From a virus (lineage: Duplodnaviria; Caudoviricetes): a stretch of 30,001 bases of DNA. Both the position numbers and the translations under genes were made by a program. Shown here piece by piece: positions 18,492-24,116 of this stretch; the first letter of the stretch is position 1, and each line of letters begins with the position of its first letter. The notes under the pieces were generated by a model, which was not told the DNA's origin, searched no databases, and saw only the letters and a program-made list of their open reading frames with translations. Where the stretch lies: IMG/VR virus record IMGVR_UViG_3300033407_000090, positions 1 through 30,001 of that record; one strand, 5' to 3'.

Positions 18492-18835
18492 GCCTACCTG
18501 AGATCGCGCTCGACAATGATTTCGAGCCCGAGTACGACGTGACGCGCAAGGCCAGCGCGACGGGGCTCGCGGAAGCGGCCACCGGGCTGACGGGGCTGAC
18601 GGCACACATCGCCGCGACGGACGAGGGCGCGACGATCGACGCCTCGCTGAGCGTCAGCGCGAGTGAGCGCAGCGCCACGGCGGGGCGATACTACGCAGTC
18701 ATTCCCGGCGCAGATCTCCGCACGCATCTGGCCGGCTACATCGGTCGCAAGGTCTGGGTGATCTTCGGCGACGACGCGACGCTGGACGTATCGGACCCGC
18801 ACCTGGTGATCGCCGGCCGCCGGAGCGCGTCGTGA
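18488..18835 (+). CDS. Hypothetical protein (115 aa), possibly Ig-like structural
   Basis: RBS GAGGT; ATGA coupling. Confidence 0.55.
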   Translation: MSLPEIALDNDFEPEYDVTRKASATGLAEAATGLTGLTAHIAATDEGATIDASLSVSASERSATAGRYYAVIPGADLRTHLAGYIGRKVWVIFGDDATLDVSDPHLVIAGRRSAS

Positions 18836-19332
18836 GCCTCGACGACCTCCGCCTGGTCCGGCTCTCGACCCATTTCACCGCGATGGAGATGATCCGCAGC
18901 GCAACGGGCGAGGCGCTCGGCATGCAGAATGTCCCCGGTGCGCAGCAACTCGTGCACCTGGCGCGCCTGAGCGCGCAACTCGAAATCGTGCGGCAGGACG
19001 TGTTCGAGGGCCGACCTCTCCGCATCACCTCCGGGTACCGGTCGCCCGCGCTCAACGCGGCGGTCGGCGGCGCCGCGAACTCCTGGCACATAGACGGCTG
19101 CGCGGCGGACTTCCAGCCCCCACCCGGCATGTCCCACGACGAGTGCCAGCACCGCATCGCGGGCGCGGGACGCATCCTGTTCGATCTCCTCCTGGAGGAG
19201 TGGACCGCTGATGGTCTCCACCGCTGGATACACTTCCAGGTCCCGCAGATTGGCGAACCTCTCCGACGGCTCGTGCGAGATGCGTCCATCGCCCGGCTCG
19301 GTGCGCCCGTCACCAGGACGGTGCCGGGATGA
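18832..19332 (+). CDS. Endolysin, peptidase M15A family
   Basis: LSTHFTAMEM, ITSGYRSPALNAAVGGAANSWH…AADF, WIH Zn-binding motifs. Confidence 0.9.
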   Translation: MSLDDLRLVRLSTHFTAMEMIRSATGEALGMQNVPGAQQLVHLARLSAQLEIVRQDVFEGRPLRITSGYRSPALNAAVGGAANSWHIDGCAADFQPPPGMSHDECQHRIAGAGRILFDLLLEEWTADGLHRWIHFQVPQIGEPLRRLVRDASIARLGAPVTRTVPG

Positions 19333-19925
19333 TCCGATTTCTCGTCGGCGCCTGCCTCGTCGCCGCCCTGCTCTGGGGCGTGCTCGGTCAGGTCCGTGCT
19401 GGTCGGGCGCTGGCGCGCGCGGACATGACGCGCGACAGCCTGACGCTCGTGCGGACGGCGCTGGACGCTGACCACGCGCGGCGGGTCGTTCATGATCGTG
19501 AGGATGCCGAGCGGGCGCGCGCGTATCGCGACACGGTGGTCTCAGTCCGTGCTCGCCTCGATGCGCTGGATCGTGAGGTCGCGCAGCGGGTCGCGCACCT
19601 CGACACGGTGCTCGCGGAGGACACGACGATCACGCCAGGGGTTCGGGATGCCGCTCTTGCGGCGGTGTCCGTCCTCACCGCCGCCGGCGAGGCCTGTCGG
19701 GTCGGGTGGATGGCATGCGACTCCGTGTCTGCCCTCGCGGCGCGGCGCCTGACGCGAGCCGACTCGACGGTGGCCGAGCAGGCGGCGGTGATTCACGCGC
19801 TCGATGTGCTGGTGTCCGACTACCGGCGCCTCGCGTCGCCGCCGTGGTACGAGCAGGTCCGGCGCGCGCTGCCGTGGGTGGCACTGTCGGCGACGCTCGG
19901 GCTGACGCTCGGGCTGGCGATCTGA
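19329..19925 (+). CDS. Spanin-like (Rz-like) protein
   Basis: Directly after endolysin; N-terminal TM, long Ala-rich coiled coil, second hydrophobic segment at the C-terminus. Confidence 0.55.
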   Translation: MIRFLVGACLVAALLWGVLGQVRAGRALARADMTRDSLTLVRTALDADHARRVVHDREDAERARAYRDTVVSVRARLDALDREVAQRVAHLDTVLAEDTTITPGVRDAALAAVSVLTAAGEACRVGWMACDSVSALAARRLTRADSTVAEQAAVIHALDVLVSDYRRLASPPWYEQVRRALPWVALSATLGLTLGLAI

Positions 19926-19936
19926 TCTGGCAGGCT

Positions 19937-20001
19937 CCTGCGTCCTACGGATTCCCCGCCCCCGGTGTCATCCGAGCGCAGGGCGGATACTACTCTGCCT
20001 C
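19937..20001 (-). repeat. Cassette element R1: distal half (hairpin arm plus core)
   Basis: 64/65 nt identical to 21083-21147. Confidence 0.95.
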
Positions 20002-20609
20002 TGGCCGTCGCGATAGAGCTCCCGGACGACGACACCGCTGGGGTAGCGGTGAACTCGCGACCCGTGGAGCTGGCCGTCGCGATAGCGCTCCCGGACGACG
20101 CCCCCAGGGTAGCGGTGCACTCGCGACCCGTGGAGCTGGCCGTCGCGATAGCGCTCCCGGACGACGCCCCCGTCGGCGAGCTGTGTGACCCGGAGCCCCG
20201 TCGTGCGTCGCGCCCGCACGACGACATCCGCATCCGGATAGCGGGCGCGGATCGCGTCTGCGATGCTCGGCGCCGTGGTGATGATCTGGTCGATGATCTG
20301 GCGCTCGACCCGCGCGCCCGTCTCGCCGACCACGGCGCGGCCGTAGCCGCGCACCAAGCACACGGCCTCATCCCGCCGGTAGGGGACGAGCCGATCCAGG
20401 TGGTCGGGTCGCCAAATACCGTGTAGCCCGCACCGCCCGAGGACGGCCGCGTCATCCGACCAGCTGTCCGCTGTGAGGGCGAGACGGGGCCAGGGAGTCC
20501 CCATCGACGGGGATGTCAGTAGCCCGTCGTGGCCGACACAGCAGACGCGCGACAGGAGCAGCCCGCCGTCCCCACTCAGCCGGTCGGGCCGGACGGTGCG
20601 GAGTGTCAT
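19968..20609 (-). CDS. Cassette 3 ORF E: uncharacterised N-terminal domain plus MORN-variant repeats (213 aa)
   Basis: ATGA-coupled to ORF D; repeats GVVRERYRDGQLHGSRVHRYP resemble MORN-variant/YwqK repeats; stop lies inside R1. Confidence 0.7.
   Translation of the reverse strand: MTLRTVRPDRLSGDGGLLLSRVCCVGHDGLLTSPSMGTPWPRLALTADSWSDDAAVLGRCGLHGIWRPDHLDRLVPYRRDEAVCLVRGYGRAVVGETGARVERQIIDQIITTAPSIADAIRARYPDADVVVRARRTTGLRVTQLADGGVVRERYRDGQLHGSRVHRYPGGVVRERYRDGQLHGSRVHRYPSGVVVRELYRDGQRQSSIRPALG
20001..20171. repeat. Tandem coding repeat, about 2.5 units of 69/66 bp (MORN-like)
   Basis: Units start at 20001, 20070 and 20136 with CTGGCCGTCGCGATAG(A/C)GCTCCCGGACGACG. Confidence 0.9.
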
Positions 20610-20731
20610 GCGGGCACCGCCGCGGGCACGGTGGCCGGCACGGTGGCCGGTGTGGCCGGTACGGGCTCGCGTTCAGCGGGGTGGCGCTCCGGCACCACCT
20701 CGCCGACCTCGATGATCTCGCCTATCCGCAT
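20606..20731 (-). CDS. Cassette 3 ORF D: 41-aa Pro-rich peptide (below ORF-track cutoff)
   Basis: MRIGEIIEVGEVVPERHPAEREPVPATPATVPATVPAAVPA*; overlaps the ORF C stop; its TGA overlaps the ORF E ATG. Confidence 0.65.
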   Translation of the reverse strand: MRIGEIIEVGEVVPERHPAEREPVPATPATVPATVPAAVPA

Positions 20732-21036
20732 GGCTCGGAGGCGCGGAAACGCCACCCCCCCAACCGTGACGTCTCCATCGCGTCGAGGACGATCGGCGCC
20801 ACGTCAGCGACCCGACAAACTGAGTACTCGTCGATCCCCTCGATCCCCTCGAGTGTGACCTCGGTGACTCTGTGGCACCACGCCGCCAGGCGCAGTGGTA
20901 CGACTCCGAGGACGTGGCGTCCTCGCACGTCATTCGGAGTCGCATGGGGGACGATCGGGGTGTCATCTGCGATGACACCCCGCGCTCGGAGGTACGCCAC
21001 GAGCGCGGGGTGTCTGGTGACTACGAGGTCGATCAT
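20722..21036 (-). CDS. Cassette 3 ORF C: Csx16 (Cas_VVA1548)-like protein, candidate ring nuclease/anti-CRISPR
   Basis: VVTRHPALVAYL…HATPNDVRGRHVLGVVPLRLAA matches the Csx16 pattern (T/S)RH…H…V(I/L)G.(L/V)P..LAA; GAGGGAGG RBS from the repeat. Confidence 0.62.
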   Translation of the reverse strand: MIDLVVTRHPALVAYLRARGVIADDTPIVPHATPNDVRGRHVLGVVPLRLAAWCHRVTEVTLEGIEGIDEYSVCRVADVAPIVLDAMETSRLGGWRFRASEPCG

Positions 21037-21147
21037 ACGGTCCCTCCCTCTGGTGCCCCTGAGTCAGCCCCGAGGCGCGGGCCCTGCGTCCTACGGATTC
21101 CCCGCGCCCGGTGTCATCCGAGCGCAGGGCGGATACTACTCTGCCTC
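21033..21147 (-). repeat. Cassette element R2: full element (hairpin arm, core, 5'UTR/RBS arm)
   Basis: 21033-21089 identical (57/57) to 21778-21834; 21083-21147 matches R1 at 64/65. Confidence 0.95.
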
Positions 21148-21423
21148 CGTCAGCCGGGCGACCTCGGCTGGGGAGTAGCCCCAGCCCAGGAGATACGCCC
21201 GGGCCTCGGCCAGGGCGAGCTCCTGGGCTGGTTCGACGGGGTGGTCACGCCACACCCCGTCGCCATCCCGGCGGTCGTACGATCCTCTACTACCGCCGTT
21301 GGCGTGTCGGTAGTAGTACTCCGCGCCGACGCGCACTATCGATTCTGTGCTCCACTCCGACGCTAGCTCTGCTAGCGTCTCGCCCGTCTCGCAGGCGCCG
21401 TCCAGATCCACGTCGTACTCCAT
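21136..21423 (-). CDS. Cassette 2 ORF B: acidic hypothetical protein (95 aa)
   Basis: RBS GAGGGAGG from R3; fills the space between R3 and R2 exactly. Confidence 0.75.
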   Translation of the reverse strand: MEYDVDLDGACETGETLAELASEWSTESIVRVGAEYYYRHANGGSRGSYDRRDGDGVWRDHPVEPAQELALAEARAYLLGWGYSPAEVARLTEAE

Positions 21424-21429
21424 GGTGGT

Positions 21430-21522
21430 CCTCCCTCTGGTGCCCCTGAGTCAGCCCCGAGGCGCGGGCCCTGCCGGTCCTTCGATTCCCTGCGCCCGGT
21501 GTCACCCGAGCGCAGGGCGGAT
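21430..21522 (-). repeat. Cassette element R3: full, slightly diverged element
   Basis: 45 nt (21430-21474) identical to 21043-21087 and 21788-21832; hairpin arm conserved with a few substitutions and indels. Confidence 0.93.
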
Positions 21523-21529
21523 GGTGGTG

Positions 21530-21781
21530 CTACTCCTCCGTCTGGGCGACCTGACGGCGGACGACAGCGTACTCCTCCGCCGTGTAGATGACCCGGCCGG
21601 CGGGGGAGACGATCGCTACCCCCTCGGGCCCATGGAGGCTGTAGTCCTCCGCGAGGACCAGCGCCTCGCGGAGGCTCCGCGCCGTAGCGCAGGGTTCGGC
21701 GCTGAGATGGAGGCCGTCCATCTCGACGCTCGCGGCGTGGAGCCGCCAGCGACGCGCGGATCGGTGTGGGTGATTGGTCAT
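21530..21781 (-). CDS. Cassette 1 ORF A: hypothetical protein (83 aa)
   Basis: RBS GAGGGAGG from R4; fills the space between R4 and R3. Confidence 0.75.
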   Translation of the reverse strand: MTNHPHRSARRWRLHAASVEMDGLHLSAEPCATARSLREALVLAEDYSLHGPEGVAIVSPAGRVIYTAEEYAVVRRQVAQTEE

Positions 21782-21834
21782 ACGGTCCCTCCCTCTGGTG
21801 CCCCTGAGTCAGCCCCGAGGCGCGGGCCCTGCGT
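21778..21834 (-). repeat. Cassette element R4: proximal half (core plus 5'UTR/RBS arm)
   Basis: 57/57 identical to 21033-21089; abuts a TAGATT (-10-like) hexamer at 21835-21840. Confidence 0.95.
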
Positions 21835-21919
21835 AATCTATCCTCGATACGTTGCACTATCCGTGCCGGCAGGAAAATCGTAGGGATCATGCGGTAGTTC
21901 GGATAATCTTCGGGGCGGT

Positions 21920-21956
21920 AGGGTCGTGCAAACTGCGAAGGATCGTGCACACTGCG
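21920..21956. repeat. Tandem 18-bp direct repeat (possible operator) upstream of the cassette array
   Basis: AGGGTCGTGCAAACTGCG (21920-21937) and AGGATCGTGCACACTGCG (21939-21956), 16/18. Confidence 0.6.
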
Positions 21957-21964
21957 GTACCGGC

Positions 21965-22165
21965 TTAGTCGTCGATCGTGGGCCCATCTGACGTCGGAAG
22001 GATCTCCCATCGGGCCGACCAGCGCCACCCGCGGCCCCGGAGGATCTGCCAGATGCGGCTCGGCGAGAGTCCCGTCTCGCGGCTCAGCTCGCGCAGCGAC
22101 AGCGACGGGCGGTCCCGCACGATGCGCACGAGGCGGTCCGGGTCCATGAGACGAGGGGGTGCCAT
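21965..22165 (-). CDS. Small HTH DNA-binding protein (repressor/regulator)
   Basis: PSLSLRELSRETGLSPSRIWQILR is a classic HTH; divergent from the early operon. Confidence 0.8.
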   Translation of the reverse strand: MAPPRLMDPDRLVRIVRDRPSLSLRELSRETGLSPSRIWQILRGRGWRWSARWEILPTSDGPTIDD

Positions 22166-22170
22166 GCCAT

Positions 22171-22199
22171 ACGGTACGGTGTGCGGCCCGCCCGCGCAA
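22171..22199 (-). promoter_or_regulatory. Putative leftward sigma70-type promoter TTGCGC-N17-TACCGT
   Basis: The -10 ends 5 nt before the HTH ATG (possibly leaderless); mirrors the rightward promoter. Confidence 0.5.
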
Positions 22200-22238
22200 G
22201 TGACAGGTTTTGCAGGCGGACTGCAAGAACATGCACAC

Positions 22239-22268
22239 TTGCGCCGGCGCCGGCGTCACCCGTATACT
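22239..22268 (+). promoter_or_regulatory. Putative rightward sigma70-type promoter TTGCGC-N18-TATACT
   Basis: Near-consensus hexamers upstream of the AGGAG RBS and GTG at 22298. Confidence 0.65.
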
Positions 22269-22297
22269 GCCGCAGACATCCACCCAGGAGAGGGACG

Positions 22298-22466
22298 GTG
22301 GCGAGACACTCGACGGACCTGCGGCCGGTGGTCAGTACCCGGGTGAGTCCCGAGGACCTGCGGGAGATCGACGCCGTGGCCGACCGCATGCAGGCCGGCC
22401 GCGCGGAGGTTGCTGTATCGGGCGATCATGCAGTACGTGCGGCGTGTCCTGCAGGATCCGGCCTGA
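22298..22466 (+). pseudogene. Ribbon-helix-helix (CopG/Arc-like) protein with an apparent 1-bp insertion at 22410-22411
   Basis: VVSTRVSPEDLREIDAVADRMQAGRAEV continues in the +1 frame as LYRAIMQYVRRVLQDPA*, ending in a TGATG overlap with the next gene. Confidence 0.65.
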
Positions 22467-22561
22467 TGCGTACCCTCGGGGACATCCTCCTGGTGTGGGT
22501 GGTGGTGGACACCCTGATCCTGGTCTGGTGGGCGCACCGATTCGCGCGGCCGCGCCGATGA
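22466..22561 (+). CDS. 31-aa single-TM peptide
   Basis: MRTLGDILLVWVVVDTLILVWWAHRFARPRR*; TGATG and ATGA overlaps. Confidence 0.5.
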   Translation: MRTLGDILLVWVVVDTLILVWWAHRFARPRR

Positions 22562-22983
22562 CACGACCTGAGGCCGGCGCCGTCAGGATCGCGGAGCGGC
22601 TATGGCGCCGGGGCCTGACGGCGCCGGCGATCGCGCGACGGCTCGAGGTCCACGTCGGGACCGTCTATGAGTGGCGCCAGAGGCACGCATGGCCGCGGCA
22701 CGCGCTGTCTTCGAAGCCGACCCAGGGCCAGATGGCCGCGGCCCTCGCGCTCTGGGTGGAGGGCCGGCCGGTGCTCGACATCGCCTCCATCACTCGCCTG
22801 GCGCATGCGACCATCTACCGATGGAGCCGGGTCTACGACTGGCCGCCGCACCCGCGGAAGCGCCCGAAGAGATCCGACGCCCACCGGTCAGACTACCGCG
22901 CGTGCTGGCGGCGCTGTCAGGCGTGTGAGCAGCTGACCCCGGGGCTCGCGCCGTGCCAGGCGTGCGGCGAGGCGAGGACATGA
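22558..22983 (+). CDS. Tandem HTH protein with C-terminal zinc ribbon
   Basis: Two HTH units (APAIARRLEVHVGTVYEW; LDIASITRLAHATIYRW), then CQAC…CQAC. Confidence 0.7.
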   Translation: MTRPEAGAVRIAERLWRRGLTAPAIARRLEVHVGTVYEWRQRHAWPRHALSSKPTQGQMAAALALWVEGRPVLDIASITRLAHATIYRWSRVYDWPPHPRKRPKRSDAHRSDYRACWRRCQACEQLTPGLAPCQACGEART

Positions 22984-23004
22984 CACCCCCTATGGGAGGA
23001 CCCC

Positions 23005-23349
23005 ATGACATCGACCGGTATCTCGACTCGTGCGGCGGTCCGTGCCGCACTCCGCAGCGTGCAGGACGCGGAGCGGGCAGCCCCGCCCTGCGTGCACTGT
23101 GGCCGACCGATCATCACGGCCCGGCTCGCCCTCGATCCCGTCGTGCAGACGGGCCGGCGCTACGTCACGACGCGCATCGAGACGTCGGCGGATCTCGGCG
23201 CGTGCGACTGCGCCGAGCGTGCGGGCTGGGATGAGACGCGGGAGCACTGGCAGCGACCGGCCGGCGATACGGGACCGTGCCCGCAGTGCCGGAGCACGAC
23301 GTGCCCGGGCTGGTACGCGCCCGACGCCGACCACGACCTGGCCTTCTGA
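23005..23349 (+). CDS. Cys-rich hypothetical protein
   Basis: GGGAGGA RBS; CVHC, CDC and CPQC motifs. Confidence 0.6.
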   Translation: MTSTGISTRAAVRAALRSVQDAERAAPPCVHCGRPIITARLALDPVVQTGRRYVTTRIETSADLGACDCAERAGWDETREHWQRPAGDTGPCPQCRSTTCPGWYAPDADHDLAF

Positions 23350-24116
23350 TGACACACACATCCGAAGACGCACCTGCGCCCGAGGATGCCACGGCACTCG
23401 CCGTGCACCGTACGACCGACGACCCGATCGCGGGCATGCTCCGGCTCGCGATCGAAAAGGACATGAGCGTCGAGGGCATCGAGAAGCTGGTGGCGCTCCA
23501 CGAGAGGATGGCGGATCGGCTGGCGGAGCAGCAGCTCGGGGCCGCGCTCTCGCAGTTCCAGGGCGCGTGTCCCCCCATTGCCAAAACCAGCGTCGCCAAC
23601 ATCCTCTCAAAAAAAACGGGTGCGCGCTACAGCTATACCTACGCCGAGCTCGACGAGATCGCGCGCACCGCCGGCCCGTGGCTCCACCGGCTGGGACTCT
23701 CGTATGGGTGGGATACTGTGATGACGGACCGCGAGCTCCGGTGCACGTGCACACTCCGGCACGCTGCCGGGGGGAGGGCGACGGCGACGTTCGCGTGCCC
23801 CGTCGTCGAGTCCGACTCGATGAGCGCGCCGCAGCGCGTGGCAGCCGCCCTCACATACGCGCGCCGGCAGTCCCTCATTCAGGTCCTCGGGCTCACCACC
23901 GCCGAGCCCGACGCCGACGGGACGACGCACGAGCCGATCAGTGAGGACCAGGTGGCGCAGCTCGAGGGCTTGCTCGCGGGCGTCACTATGAGCAAGGCGC
24001 GGCTCCTCCGGCTCCTGGGCGTGGAGCGGGTCGGGGACATCCCCGCGCCACTCTACGACGTCGCCGTCAATGCGATCGAGGCCAAGCGTCGCGCGCAGCA
24101 GGGCTCGGCACCATGA
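23349..24116 (+). CDS. ERF-family single-strand annealing protein
   Basis: IEKLVALHER, YTYAELDEI, CTLRH, AALTYARR…DADG motifs; adjacent to exonuclease. Confidence 0.85.
   Translation: MTHTSEDAPAPEDATALAVHRTTDDPIAGMLRLAIEKDMSVEGIEKLVALHERMADRLAEQQLGAALSQFQGACPPIAKTSVANILSKKTGARYSYTYAELDEIARTAGPWLHRLGLSYGWDTVMTDRELRCTCTLRHAAGGRATATFACPVVESDSMSAPQRVAAALTYARRQSLIQVLGLTTAEPDADGTTHEPISEDQVAQLEGLLAGVTMSKARLLRLLGVERVGDIPAPLYDVAVNAIEAKRRAQQGSAP

Noticed and set aside
20001-20171. Repeats at a 66-69 bp period resembling a mini CRISPR array
   Set aside because: The would-be spacers are nearly identical to each other and the periods are multiples of 3; this is a coding MORN-like tandem repeat
21074-21130. 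Possible tRNA fragment or HDV/twister/hammerhead ribozyme in the repeat (pseudoknot-like pairings; TTCGATT in R3)
   Set aside because: No paired T-arm or cloverleaf; HDV P3/L3 and J4/2, the twister cleavage-site motif and the hammerhead CUGANGA/GAAA core could not be matched by eye
19937-21147. R1/R2 near-identical pair as DGR template and variable repeats
   Set aside because: Only one C/G difference, not adenine-specific, and no reverse transcriptase is in the window
19937-21834. R1-R4 as a CRISPR array or canonical integron attC sites
   Set aside because: Intervening segments are whole genes of about 250-1000 bp; no RYYYAAC/GTTRRRY attC boxes and no intI or cas genes are visible
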